Shown here: piece after piece, positions 24,990 to 34,650 of the stretch | How the letters are laid out: each line of letters begins with the position of its first letter | How positions within the stretch are numbered: position 1 is the first letter of the stretch | Assembly: GCA_016235455.1 (NCBI GenBank) | Contig: JACRKZ010000128.1 | Coordinates: forward strand, 1-36,778 | Reading direction: 5' to 3' | Source: Armatimonadota bacterium | GTDB lineage: Bacteria; Armatimonadota; UBA10988 | DNA length: 36,778 bases | Made by a program: the position numbers and the translations under genes | The notes under the pieces: generated by a model | Seen by the model: the letters and a program-made list of their open reading frames with translations, nothing else | What the model was told of the DNA's origin: nothing | Database searches by the model: none

Positions 24990-27137
24990 CTAGCCCTCGG
25001 TCTCGCCCTCGTCCTCGGCCTGGCCCTTAGGCTTGGGCATCGGCGGCATGGTCAGGCCGGCGGCTTCCAGTTGGGCCTGGAGTTCGGGTGTCATGGCCAT
25101 GGTCTTGCGGCACTTGGGGTAGCCCGAGCAGCCCAGGAACGGGCCGCGCCGGCTGGTGCGCAACACCATGGGCTTGCTGCACTCAGCGCAGGGGATCTCG
25201 GTCTTCTGGGCGGCCGCTCGCTGCACCGGCTTACCCTGGCGGTCGAGGTTCATCAGGCCGTCGCACTCGGGATAGCGCGAGCAGCCCAGGAACGTGCCGA
25301 AGCGGCCTTGGCGCTCGAGCATCTTGGCGCCGCACTTGGGGCACTCGTGCTCGGTCTCCACGGCCTCGACCCGGACGCGCTCCATGCCCTCGTAGGCTTC
25401 CTTGATGGCCGCGTCGAATGGGGTGTAGAAGTCACCCAGCAGGGCGACCCAGTCGGCCTCGCCGCTTTCCACGTCGTCCAGATCACGCTCGAACTTGGCG
25501 GTGAAATCGACATCCATGATGAGCGGGAAATGCTTGACCAGGCTGTCGGTGACGGCCTCACCCAGCGGCGTGGGAACGAACCGGCGCGCGTCGAGCTTGA
25601 CATAGCGGCGTTCGACAATGGTGGAGAGGATGGGCGCGTAGGTACTCGGTCGGCCGATGCCGCGCTCTTCCAGCGTCTTGACCAGCGTGGCTTCACTGTA
25701 GCGCGGCGGCGGCTGGGTGAAGTGCTGGGTCGGCGTCAATTCCTTGAGGCCACAGTCGTCGCCCTTGGCCAGCTGCGGCAGGTTGCGGCCGACGTCGTCA
25801 TCGTCGTCGTCGTCGCTGCTCTCCTCGGTGGTGGCGGCCTTGGCCTTCTGGCCGGGCAGTCCGGTCAGCGCCATGTAGCCGGGGAACAGCACCTGCGTGC
25901 CGCTGGCGCGGAACAGGTGCGAACCGGCGCCGATGTCCACGGTACTGGTTTCGAGCTGGGCAGGGGCCATCTGGCTGGCCATGAAGCGCGTCCAGATGAG
26001 CCGGTAGAGCTTGCGCTCGTCGCTGTGCTCGCGGCCGGGCAGCAGGCGGTCAATCTCGTCGGGATGGCGCTCGATGTAGCTGGGCCGGATGCACTCGTGC
26101 GCTTCCTGGGCGCCGCGCACGGCTCGGCCGCGGCTGCCCTTGCCCACATACGCGTCGCCCCAGGTGGCGCTGATGTAGCCCATCGCGGCTTCGCGCGCCT
26201 CGTCGGCCACGCGGGTCGAGTCGGTACGCATGTAGGTGATCAGACCGACCGGGTCCCCACCACCAAGCGGCAGACCTTCGTAGAGTCGCTGCGCCACGTT
26301 CATCGTGCGCTTGGCGCTGAAGCCGAGCTTGGTGGACGCGTCGCGCTGCAAGGTGGAGGTGATGAGCGGCGGCTGCGCCTGGCGCTGCGCCTTGCGGGTC
26401 CCGGTGCTGACCACCTGCCAGCTCGCGTCGCGCAACTCCTCGACCAGCGCCTGGGCGGCGGCTTCGTCGGGGATGGCACCGACTTCCCACTTGGCCCCAG
26501 CGATGCGCTCCATGCGGGCCTCGAAGACCTCGTCGGCGCGGCCCTCGGGGAACAGGCGCGCGGTGATCTTCCAGTGCTCGACCGGCACGAACGCGCGGAT
26601 CTCGCGCTCACGCTCGACAATCAGCCGCACCGCCACCGACTGCACGCGGCCGGCACTGCGGGCGTTCTTGACCTTGCGCCAGAGCAGCGGGCTGAGCTTG
26701 TAGCCGACCAGGCGGTCGAGCACACGGCGCGCCTGCTGGGCGTTGACGCGGTCCATGGCCAGCTCGCGCGGATGCTCCAGGGCGCGCTCCACGGCGCTGC
26801 GGGTGATCTCGTTGAACTCGATGCGCAGCACGTTCTTGAGGCCGAGCGCTTCGTAGAGGTGCCAGGCGATGGCCTCGCCCTCGCGGTCAGGGTCGGTCGC
26901 CAGGTAGACGCGCTCGGCCGACGCAGCGGCCTTCTTGAGCTTGCGCACGACCTCGGCCTTATCAGCCATGACGGTGTAGGTGGGCGTGAAGCCGTGGTCC
27001 ACATCGACGCTCATCTGCTTGGGCGGCAGGTCGCGCACGTGGCCGAACGACGCGGCCAACTCGAAGTCGGGACCCAGGAAACCGCCAATGGTCTTGGTCT
27101 TGGCAGCAGACTCAACGATGATAAGGGACTTGGCCAT
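24990..27137 (-). CDS. topA: DNA topoisomerase I (type IA)
   Basis: LIIVESAAK, SFGHVRDL, LATDPDREGEAIAWH, SAGRVQS, LITYMRTDS, AQEAHE, GIGRPSTY; two C4 zinc ribbons. Confidence 0.97.
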   Translation of the reverse strand: MAKSLIIVESAAKTKTIGGFLGPDFELAASFGHVRDLPPKQMSVDVDHGFTPTYTVMADKAEVVRKLKKAAASAERVYLATDPDREGEAIAWHLYEALGLKNVLRIEFNEITRSAVERALEHPRELAMDRVNAQQARRVLDRLVGYKLSPLLWRKVKNARSAGRVQSVAVRLIVEREREIRAFVPVEHWKITARLFPEGRADEVFEARMERIAGAKWEVGAIPDEAAAQALVEELRDASWQVVSTGTRKAQRQAQPPLITSTLQRDASTKLGFSAKRTMNVAQRLYEGLPLGGGDPVGLITYMRTDSTRVADEAREAAMGYISATWGDAYVGKGSRGRAVRGAQEAHECIRPSYIERHPDEIDRLLPGREHSDERKLYRLIWTRFMASQMAPAQLETSTVDIGAGSHLFRASGTQVLFPGYMALTGLPGQKAKAATTEESSDDDDDDDVGRNLPQLAKGDDCGLKELTPTQHFTQPPPRYSEATLVKTLEERGIGRPSTYAPILSTIVERRYVKLDARRFVPTPLGEAVTDSLVKHFPLIMDVDFTAKFERDLDDVESGEADWVALLGDFYTPFDAAIKEAYEGMERVRVEAVETEHECPKCGAKMLERQGRFGTFLGCSRYPECDGLMNLDRQGKPVQRAAAQKTEIPCAECSKPMVLRTSRRGPFLGCSGYPKCRKTMAMTPELQAQLEAAGLTMPPMPKPKGQAEDEGETEG

Positions 27138-27169
27138 GGTACTCACTACGACACGCGGCCAGCGAGCGC

Positions 27170-28288
27170 TCAGGTGGCGCGGACAAAGCGGTTGCCAGGC
27201 AACCGCACCACCAAGCCGGCCAGCTCCAACGTGACGAGGGCTGATTGTACCTCAGGAGTCGACAATCGCGAGCCCTCGATCACATCGTCCACACAGACCG
27301 GCGTCAGGCCCAGCGTTTCGATCACGCGTTGCTCGTCATCCGAGAGCTTGACCGCTGGCGCCGGCGCCGGCGGCGGGCCGCCAAAGTCCAGTGTGTCGCC
27401 TTCCTCGGCACGGCGCAGGTTAAGCGAGGCCAGAATGTCGTCAACGTCGCGCACAAGCCCGGCGCCATCGCGGATCAGCGCATGGCAGCCCTCCTGGCGC
27501 GCGTCGGTGATCAGGCCCGGCACCGCCAGCACCTCACGGCCCTGCTCCGTGGCCAGGCGCGCGGTGATCAGGGCGCCACTGCGCAGTGGCGCCTGCACCA
27601 CCACCACGGCGCGGCTCAGGCCGCTGATGATGCGGTTGCGCAGCGGGAAGTGCCAGGCCAACGGGCTCTCGCCCAGGCGGAACTCGCTGATCAGCCCGCC
27701 GCGCGCCGCCACCTGCTCGGCCAGCTCCACATGCGAGGCGGGGAAGATGCGGTCGACTCCCGTGCCCAGCACGCCGGCGGTGTAGCCGCCGTCGCCGGCG
27801 CGCAGCGCGCCCTTGTGGGCCGCGGAGTCGATGCCGGCCGCCAGCCCGCTGATCACGCCGATACCCAGGCCGGCCAGCTCGCGACCCAGCTGTTCGGCCA
27901 CCAGCGAGCCGTAGGCATTGACCCGCCGCGTGCCGACCAGCGCCACGCAGGGCTGGTTGAGGTCGGGCAGACGGCCGCGCACGAAGAGCAGTACCGGCGG
28001 ATCATCGATGGCGGCGAGCTGAAGCGGATAGCGCGGGTCGTCGCGCACGACCAGATCGACGTCGAGCGAGTCGAGCCGGTCCAGGTCGCGGCGCACATCC
28101 AGCCGGCCGGCGGTGCGCAGTTGGCTCTGCAGCCCATCGTCCAGACCAGCTTGGCGCCACTGCTCGCCGCTGGCCTCGAACAGCGCCTCGGGCGAGCCGA
28201 AGGAGTCCAACAAACGCGACCGGCGGCGCGCCGATACCGGCAACGCCGCCAGCCTCAACCACGCCGAGCGTGCCTCGCCGGTGGTCAC
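27170..28288 (-). CDS. dprA: DNA-processing protein DprA/Smf
   Basis: YPLQL...DPP, ALVGTR, ISGLAAGIDSAAH, FPLRNRIISGLS, SGALITA, GREVLAVPG, C-terminal winged helix LELAG; start GTG ~28288 is approximate. Confidence 0.95.
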   Translation of the reverse strand: MTTGEARSAWLRLAALPVSARRRSRLLDSFGSPEALFEASGEQWRQAGLDDGLQSQLRTAGRLDVRRDLDRLDSLDVDLVVRDDPRYPLQLAAIDDPPVLLFVRGRLPDLNQPCVALVGTRRVNAYGSLVAEQLGRELAGLGIGVISGLAAGIDSAAHKGALRAGDGGYTAGVLGTGVDRIFPASHVELAEQVAARGGLISEFRLGESPLAWHFPLRNRIISGLSRAVVVVQAPLRSGALITARLATEQGREVLAVPGLITDARQEGCHALIRDGAGLVRDVDDILASLNLRRAEEGDTLDFGGPPPAPAPAVKLSDDEQRVIETLGLTPVCVDDVIEGSRLSTPEVQSALVTLELAGLVVRLPGNRFVRAT

Positions 28289-28295
28289 GACAAGA

Positions 28296-30077
28296 CTATT
28301 CGGTGCGGAAACCGCCACCGGGCATCCCGCCCGGCATGCCACCCGGCATCCCGGGGCTGCTGCCCGGCATACCCGGCATGCCCGGCATCCCGGGGCCGCC
28401 CGGCATACCCGGCTGCACGGCCGGCTGCGGGCGACGGATCGGCGGCAGATTGTTGTCGATGACCACGCTGAACGACTGCACCTGCTTGTTGCCCACGAAG
28501 TCGGGGATGACCAGGCGCACGGTGTGCTTGGCGTCGGACAGGATGTTGCCAATCAGGCCAGTGGACTGCTTGACGAGGTCGATGCGCAGCAGGTAGTTCT
28601 TGCGGTCGACGAGCACCTGGTCGGCGGGCAGCGCCACGCCGTCCAACTGAACGTTGATGCCCTCGAGGTTGATGCCGCTACCTTCGTCCATGAGGTAGGT
28701 CTGGAAGCGGAAGTACTTCTGCTTGCCGGGCAGCTTGAGGTCCTCGGCGTCCTTGGGGATGTCGGGCTTGCGCGCCGGCTTCACATCGGCCACCAGATCC
28801 TCGGCTTCCTTGACCAGCCGGGCCCGCTCGTCGTCGGTGAGCACGGAATAGGCGATGCCCTTGCCGTCGCTGGCCTCGGTGACCCACTGCGGCTCACTGA
28901 TCTTGGGCTTGGACAGGTCGAGCGCGTCGGGCCGGAAGCAGAACAGCGTGCCCTGCTGGTTCACCGCCAGCAGCGCGCCGCCACCCAGGACCGGCGAGAC
29001 GTTCACGCCGAAATGCTTGGCCTTGGGCCCGACGGTGTCCAGCGGGCTCAGCCGGCAATACCACTTGATGGCGAGGGTGTTGGCGTCGGCGCAGTACAGA
29101 TTGCCTTCGGCGGTGCCGAAGAAGATCTCCTGGTCGCCGACGATCGGTGAGCTGAGCAGCCGGGAGTCGAGTTCCAGCCGCGCGGCTTCCTTGCCGGTCT
29201 TCTGGTCGAGGGCCAGCAGCCACTCATCCTGTGTGCCCACATAGACTCGCCCGTGGGCCAACGTTGGGTTGCCCTTGTAGGACGAGGCGCGGGTCGTCTT
29301 CCACTCCTCGGTGCCCGAGCGGAACCGCACGGCGGAGACGAACTGGCGGTTGGCGGCGTAGATCAGGTCGCCCTGGACCACCGGCGGCTGGGCCGACATG
29401 CCCAGCGTCTTCTGCCATTTGAGCGCCTTCTTGCCCAGGTCGAAAGCGACCACCTTGTCGTCGAGCGTGGCGAAGGAGAGCTCCTGCACGCCGTTGCTCT
29501 CAAAGTAGGATAGCGGGCCGCGCGGCGTGACGGTGAACTGGTAGACCAGCTTGTAGTCCTTGAGGCCGACGAGGTCCAGCGAGTAGAGCGAGCCGCGGTC
29601 GGTGATCAGGTACAGCGTGTCGCCGATGATGATCGGGTCGCAGGTCAGCCCGGCGCGGAAGCCGGGGAAGTAGCCGAGCACCCGCTGGCCGGCGGGCTGA
29701 TCGGCCATGTCGAGCACATGCAACTCGCCCTTGTCGGCCATGATCAGCAGTTTGCCGCCGTGCACCATCGGGGTGACGTAGACCCGACCACGGGTCTCAT
29801 AGGGCTGCTCCCAGACGGGCGCGCCGGTCTCGATGTCCAATGCATAGACCGAACCCTTGGAGCAGAAAAACACGCGATTGCCCACCACCGCCGGCAACGA
29901 CGTCGCCGTCAGATCCTCGGCCGTGGAGAACTTCCAGTGCAGCGCCATGGGTGGCGACAGCTTCTGGGTCGTGAATCCGGTGCGGGCCATATCATAGTGT
30001 GCGACCGTCGCATCGTCGGCCATAGCCGCGGTCGTTACCACCATGGTCCCCAGCATGAGCAACCAGCGGGCTTTCAT
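28296..30077 (-). CDS. Secreted PQQ-like (BamB-type) beta-propeller protein with Ig-like C-domain and Pro-Gly-Met tail
   Basis: RBS GGAGG; signal peptide; repeats VYALDIETGAPVW, LLALDQKTGKE, LYCADANT; DEGSGIN...DFVGN; PGM repeats. Confidence 0.8.
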   Translation of the reverse strand: MKARWLLMLGTMVVTTAAMADDATVAHYDMARTGFTTQKLSPPMALHWKFSTAEDLTATSLPAVVGNRVFFCSKGSVYALDIETGAPVWEQPYETRGRVYVTPMVHGGKLLIMADKGELHVLDMADQPAGQRVLGYFPGFRAGLTCDPIIIGDTLYLITDRGSLYSLDLVGLKDYKLVYQFTVTPRGPLSYFESNGVQELSFATLDDKVVAFDLGKKALKWQKTLGMSAQPPVVQGDLIYAANRQFVSAVRFRSGTEEWKTTRASSYKGNPTLAHGRVYVGTQDEWLLALDQKTGKEAARLELDSRLLSSPIVGDQEIFFGTAEGNLYCADANTLAIKWYCRLSPLDTVGPKAKHFGVNVSPVLGGGALLAVNQQGTLFCFRPDALDLSKPKISEPQWVTEASDGKGIAYSVLTDDERARLVKEAEDLVADVKPARKPDIPKDAEDLKLPGKQKYFRFQTYLMDEGSGINLEGINVQLDGVALPADQVLVDRKNYLLRIDLVKQSTGLIGNILSDAKHTVRLVIPDFVGNKQVQSFSVVIDNNLPPIRRPQPAVQPGMPGGPGMPGMPGMPGSSPGMPGGMPGGMPGGGFRTE

Positions 30078-30121
30078 CCGAACCTCCTGCCACTCCGCAC
30101 CTTCGCCACCGCACCGTGCCG

Positions 30122-30151
30122 ATTATACCGACCCTTCGATCGCCGTGTCAA
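30122..30151 (-). promoter_or_regulatory. Sigma70-type promoter for the PQQ-protein/dprA/topA run
   Basis: Minus strand TTGACA-18 nt-TATAAT, both hexamers perfect, 44 nt upstream of ATG 30077. Confidence 0.8.
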
Positions 30152-30341
30152 CGTCGCGGCAAACCGATGCTGCGCGCCGCCCTGGCGTCAGGCGCCGCGT
30201 GATGCCTGTCGCCGGGCCGCGGGCCCGGCCTTCACGCCTGTCCGGCGTTACCGGCTAGTACGGTTGCGGGACCGGCCTTGTTCCTGCGCTGGAGGAGCAC
30301 GGCGACCCTCGGCGTAACTGTCCGGTAACTTGGAGTACCCG

Positions 30342-32957
30342 ATGACCTGGATCGTTCTGGCGGCTTTGCTGGGCGCCGCGCAACCCGCGCCGTTGTCTGG
30401 ATTCGAGGCGGGCGCGCCGCTGAGACTGACGGGTGAGGGTCTGCAGCCCGGCAGCCGTGTGTCGCTGGTCAGCGAGCCAACGCACGCAGGCCGGCAAGCG
30501 GTGCGGCTGGACTACGAGTTTGTTGCCAAGCCCGAGGGCCTGCAGTATGTCGGGTTCGCCACCAGCCTGCCACTGCCCGGCCGCATCGACCGCTTCTTCG
30601 TGTGGGTCAAGGGCGACGGCCTGGGCCAGGCGGTGCGGCTGCGGCTGACCGACGCGAGCGGCGAGACCCACCAGTTCACCCTCGGCGTCACCAGCTTCGA
30701 GGGCTGGCGGATGATGGCTTGCCGCGTGGGTCTGGGCGGCGACCATTGGGGCGGCGATGGCAACGGCGTGCTCGACGAGCCCATCGCTTTCGATAGCCTG
30801 CTGGTCGACCAGAGCGTGCACCCGGCCCAGGGCACGATCGGCTTCGACGACATGATGACCACGCCGTACGTGCCGGCCGCCGACCCGGTCGGCGCGCTCG
30901 GCCGCACGGCCGCCCGGCCAACGGCGCTGCGCGTGCAGTCATGCGACGGCCCAGCGCCGCGGCTCGGCGGCGACGCCCTCAACGAGGCCAGCCGCCTGAC
31001 CGCCGACGCCGCCGTCAGCCACGACGGTCACGGCTCCTGGCGACTCGACTACGCGTTCGTGCCGCGCGAGGGCCTGCAGTACATCGAGGTGCCCATCGAG
31101 TACGGCGTCGACCAGCCGGCGGGGCCGCTGACCCTGTGGGTCAAGGGCGATGGTAGCGGCAACACACTGCGCCTGCGCGTGGTCGATGCCTCGGGCGAGT
31201 TCCATCAGTACACGCTGGGCAACCTCGACTCCACCGACTGGCGGCAGTACAAGGTGGAGTTGAAGGCCAGCGACCCGCACTGGGGCGGCGACGGCAACGG
31301 CCAGCTCGATGGGCGGGTGCGGGTGCTGTCGGTGCTGCTCGACTCGACCAAGAAGCCCAGCCGCGGCAGCATCTGGCTCGATGAGCTCGGCGTGACCGCC
31401 ACCGTGCGGCCGGCCGATGCCGTGGTCGTGCGGCTGGAGGCCGTTGAACCCGGCGCGGCCCTGGCGCTGGGCGATCCGCTGCGGCTGCGCATCAGCGCGG
31501 ACGATCGGCGCCTCGCGGCCGACCGGCTGCCCGTCCTGCCGCTGACGCTACGCCTGCTCTCGCCCACCGGCGAGCTCCTGCCGTCCGCTGCCAAGCTGCC
31601 CGCGGTCACCGGCGACATGGCGCCCACGCTGCTCACGGTGCCCTGCCCCACCGCGCGATACGGGCTCTACACGCTTCTGGCCGACTGGACCGTCGACGGC
31701 GACCAGAACCGGGCCCGCGCCACCTTCGCCAAGCTGCCGCCCATGCCCGCTCAGACCGACCTGGACACCAACCTGTTCGGCGCCTGCTTCCACTTCGCCC
31801 AGGGCAAGGGCGAGCTGCCGCGCAGCTATGCCATGCTGCGTCGCATCGGCGGCCGCTGGGTGCGCGACGAGTATGGCTGGGGCGCCGTCGAGCCGACCAA
31901 GGGCCAGTACGCCTTCTCGGAGTACGGCGATCGGTACGTGCGCGCGCTGCCCGGGCACGGTCTGCGCGGGCTGTACATCTACGACTACGGCAACCCGCTG
32001 TACGACGGCGGCCAGTCCCCGGCCAGTCCCGAGGCGCAGCAGGCGTTCAGCGAGTACGCGCGCCGGCTGACCGCGCGCTACCGCGATGTGGTTCGCCACT
32101 GGGAGGTCTACAACGAGCCCAACATCGGGTTCTGGAAGCCTAAGCCCGACGCGCTGGCCTATGCCTCGTTGCTCAAGAGTACCTACGCCGCCGCCAAGCA
32201 GGCCGATCCCAGTTGCACCGTGGTCGGCGTCTGCACCGCCGGGGTCGACCTGGACTACATCGACCGCGTGCTGGCCGCCGGCGGCACCACGATGGACGCG
32301 CTGAGCATCCACCCGTACCGCTATCCCACCGAGCCCGAGGCCGGCGGGCTGGTCGACGACCTCAAGAAGACCCGCGCGCTCATGACCAAGTACGGACTGG
32401 GCGACAAGCCGCTGTGGCTGACCGAGGTCGGCTGGCCTAACCACAAGGAGGGCAGCGGCGTGCGAGAGAGCGAGTCAGGCGACTACCTGGTGCGCATGTT
32501 CACGCTGGCCCGCAGCCAGCCCCACGCTGGGCCGGTCTTCTGGTACGACTTCCAGAACGACGGGGTCGACGAGCGCTACAACGAAGACAACTTCGGCCTG
32601 ATCAACCGCGACTACACACCCAAGCAGCCCTATGTGGCCGCGGCCATGATGAACCGCGTGCTGTGCGACAAGGCCTTCGCGCGCGACCTGGCGCCGGCCT
32701 ACCCGGCCTTCGCCCATGAGTACCTGGCCGCGGACGGCCGCCGCACGCTGGTGCTCTGGGCCACGCCCACCGAGGCGCAGTTCACCGTGGCGCTCGACGC
32801 CCGAGAGGTGGAGCTGTCCGACGCTTCCGGCGAGCTGAAGACCGTGCCAGTGACCGGCGGCCGTCTGACCCTCACCGTGGGCGGTACGCCGGTGTTCGTC
32901 AGCGGCCGGTTCGCCGCGCCGACGGTCACGGCGCGGCTGGCGGGCGTGGATGGCTGA
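30342..32957 (+). CDS. Secreted clan GH-A glycoside hydrolase (GH39/GH5-like) with two tandem CBM-like domains
   Basis: RBS GGAG; two repeats LDYxF...WVKGDG...DASGExHQ...WGGDGNG; WEVYNEPN (acid/base), SIHPY, LWLTEVGW (nucleophile), FWYD, NFGLI. Confidence 0.85.
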   Translation: MTWIVLAALLGAAQPAPLSGFEAGAPLRLTGEGLQPGSRVSLVSEPTHAGRQAVRLDYEFVAKPEGLQYVGFATSLPLPGRIDRFFVWVKGDGLGQAVRLRLTDASGETHQFTLGVTSFEGWRMMACRVGLGGDHWGGDGNGVLDEPIAFDSLLVDQSVHPAQGTIGFDDMMTTPYVPAADPVGALGRTAARPTALRVQSCDGPAPRLGGDALNEASRLTADAAVSHDGHGSWRLDYAFVPREGLQYIEVPIEYGVDQPAGPLTLWVKGDGSGNTLRLRVVDASGEFHQYTLGNLDSTDWRQYKVELKASDPHWGGDGNGQLDGRVRVLSVLLDSTKKPSRGSIWLDELGVTATVRPADAVVVRLEAVEPGAALALGDPLRLRISADDRRLAADRLPVLPLTLRLLSPTGELLPSAAKLPAVTGDMAPTLLTVPCPTARYGLYTLLADWTVDGDQNRARATFAKLPPMPAQTDLDTNLFGACFHFAQGKGELPRSYAMLRRIGGRWVRDEYGWGAVEPTKGQYAFSEYGDRYVRALPGHGLRGLYIYDYGNPLYDGGQSPASPEAQQAFSEYARRLTARYRDVVRHWEVYNEPNIGFWKPKPDALAYASLLKSTYAAAKQADPSCTVVGVCTAGVDLDYIDRVLAAGGTTMDALSIHPYRYPTEPEAGGLVDDLKKTRALMTKYGLGDKPLWLTEVGWPNHKEGSGVRESESGDYLVRMFTLARSQPHAGPVFWYDFQNDGVDERYNEDNFGLINRDYTPKQPYVAAAMMNRVLCDKAFARDLAPAYPAFAHEYLAADGRRTLVLWATPTEAQFTVALDAREVELSDASGELKTVPVTGGRLTLTVGGTPVFVSGRFAAPTVTARLAGVDG

Positions 32958-33052
32958 GCCGCCGGTTGCGAACAGGAGCCGCACGCGCGTCGTTTGACCT
33001 ATCATGAATACCGACGCTGGCGTGATCCGGCGTCGGCCCCGAGGTGAGCGCG

Positions 33053-34303
33053 ATGCGGCGAATCTGGCCATGGCTGGTGTTGTGTGCGGTCTGGTCGGCC
33101 TCGGCGCAGCCACCGCCGGGCGCGGCGCGCGCCGAGGGCGCGCCCCAGGTGCTCCGGCCCGACGCCAAGCTGCCCGACCGCAAGGTCGACGCCAGTCTGG
33201 GCGAGCGCCGTTACAGCCAGAAGGAAGAGGAACGGGGCGCCAAGGAGGTCCTGGCCTTCTACGCCAAGGAGTCGCGCCTCTCGACCGATCCCCGCCTGCA
33301 GGCCCGCCTCGAAGGCATCCTGCACCTGGTTATCACCGCCGCGGCGCAACTGGGACCCAGGCAGGTGTGCATCGACGCGGCCACTCCCGAGCTGACCTTC
33401 TCCATCCGCGTGCTCGAGAGCAAGGACATCAATGCCTTCTCCGCCTGGGGTGGCAACATCTTCCTGACTCGCGCCATGGTCGATTTCTGCCAGAGCGACG
33501 ATGAGCTGGGTGGCGTCATCGCGCACGAGGTGGCCCACACCATGTACCACCACCTGCGCGACCAGGCGGCCCGCATGCGCCGCTACCAGACCCAGCAGAT
33601 CCTGGCCATGATCGCCGCCTCGTTCATGGGCATCAACGTGGCCGACGCCGGCATCATGGCGCAGTATGTCTACCTGGCGCTGTTCAACGGCCACTCAGTG
33701 ACCGACGAGTCCCAGGCCGACTGGGCCGGCTGCTTCTATGCCTACCGCGCCGGGTACAACCCGGTGGGCATGATCACCACCTTCGAGCGGCTGCACCGCT
33801 ATATGATGAGCCAGCCCGTACCCACGGATATGGGCGCCTTCCAGACCCACCCCTGGTCCGACCAGCGCGCGCGCACGCTCGAAGCGCAGATCCGCGCGCT
33901 CGGCCTGCCCATCGACAAGTCCGACGTGACCCAGGGCCTCACCGCCATGGTGCGCCTGGACGCCGCGCACCGCGGCCAGGCCACGCTCTACCTCGACGAC
34001 TCGCCGCTGTTCGCCGTGGCCGCCGGCTCGGGCGGCGACTCGGCCGAGCGCGCGGCGCGGCTGGCGGTGGGCCTGAACCGGGCCATGGCCCTCGGTGTGC
34101 GCGCGGGCTCGCTGTCGCTGCGCGAGGTGGACGGCGTGTGGCGCATCTCGGGCCTGGCTCGGCTGCGCCCGGTGGAACTGTTGACACTCGACCCGGCCGA
34201 CGCCCAACTGGCCGGGGAGCCGCTGGCCACCTTGGCCCAGGGCGTGTTCAACCGCGTACAGGCCCGCTGCCGCCAGGCGGAAGCCGAAACCGGCCTGTCG
34301 TAA
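33053..34303 (+). CDS. M48-family zinc metallopeptidase, exported
   Basis: RBS GAGGTG; INAFSAWGG, DELGGVIAHEVAH (HExxH), ESQAD, AGYNP, THP; alternative start GTG 33044. Confidence 0.9.
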   Translation: MRRIWPWLVLCAVWSASAQPPPGAARAEGAPQVLRPDAKLPDRKVDASLGERRYSQKEEERGAKEVLAFYAKESRLSTDPRLQARLEGILHLVITAAAQLGPRQVCIDAATPELTFSIRVLESKDINAFSAWGGNIFLTRAMVDFCQSDDELGGVIAHEVAHTMYHHLRDQAARMRRYQTQQILAMIAASFMGINVADAGIMAQYVYLALFNGHSVTDESQADWAGCFYAYRAGYNPVGMITTFERLHRYMMSQPVPTDMGAFQTHPWSDQRARTLEAQIRALGLPIDKSDVTQGLTAMVRLDAAHRGQATLYLDDSPLFAVAAGSGGDSAERAARLAVGLNRAMALGVRAGSLSLREVDGVWRISGLARLRPVELLTLDPADAQLAGEPLATLAQGVFNRVQARCRQAEAETGLS

Positions 34304-34321
34304 GGGCCACCCCAAACGCAA

Positions 34322-34349
34322 CGCCCCGTGCCGGTCAGGGCACGGGGCG
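34322..34349 (-). terminator. Hairpin terminator between the convergent M48 gene and tRNA
   Basis: 11-bp stem CGCCCCGTGCC/GGCACGGGGCG; followed on the minus strand by TTGCGTTT. Confidence 0.7.
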
Positions 34350-34366
34350 CAATACACACAGCGCGA

Positions 34367-34438
34367 TGGGCGTGGGTGGTTTCGAACCACCGACCTCTTG
34401 AATGTGAACCAAGCGCTCTCCCGCTGAGCTACACGCCC
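34367..34438 (-). tRNA. tRNA-Val (anticodon CAC), CCA not encoded
   Basis: GGGCGTG/CACGCCC acceptor stem, D arm GCTC/GAGC, anticodon arm CTTGG-TTCACAT-TCAAG, T arm GGTGG-TTCGAAA-CCACC, discriminator A. Confidence 0.96.
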
Positions 34439-34453
34439 TCTAGAGGTAGGCAA

Positions 34454-34482
34454 AGTATAGGCGTGCGAGCACACTTCGTCAA
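34454..34482 (-). promoter_or_regulatory. Sigma70 promoter of tRNA-Val
   Basis: Minus strand TTGACG-17 nt-TATACT, 15 nt upstream of the mature tRNA 5' end. Confidence 0.8.
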
Positions 34483-34547
34483 GCGCCGATCCGCGCTCGA
34501 CGCAGGGCCGCGGCAGCGGCGGCCGCCACGGCCGGACGCGCCCCGCC

Positions 34548-34577
34548 TTGACACGGCCGACGGCCGGCGACGATAAT
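34548..34577 (+). promoter_or_regulatory. Sigma70-like promoter of the soluble kinase gene
   Basis: TTGACA-18 nt-GATAAT, divergent from the tRNA promoter. Confidence 0.65.
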
Positions 34578-34650
34578 GGACACGGCTAGCGCCGGCTCGC
34601 CGCGCCCTGGGGCGTCCCTTCATTCGTGAGCCGGTCTGGGAGCGCGGCAG

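Noticed and set aside
30170-30330. GC-rich hairpins and GTTACCGG/CCGGTAAC inverted motif upstream of the glycoside hydrolase as a riboswitch or operator
   Set aside because: No recognisable riboswitch consensus; such pairings are expected by chance at this GC content.
34367-34438. tRNA-Val as an integration site or island boundary
   Set aside because: No integrase and no duplicated tRNA 3' end seen in the window; flanking genes look chromosomal.
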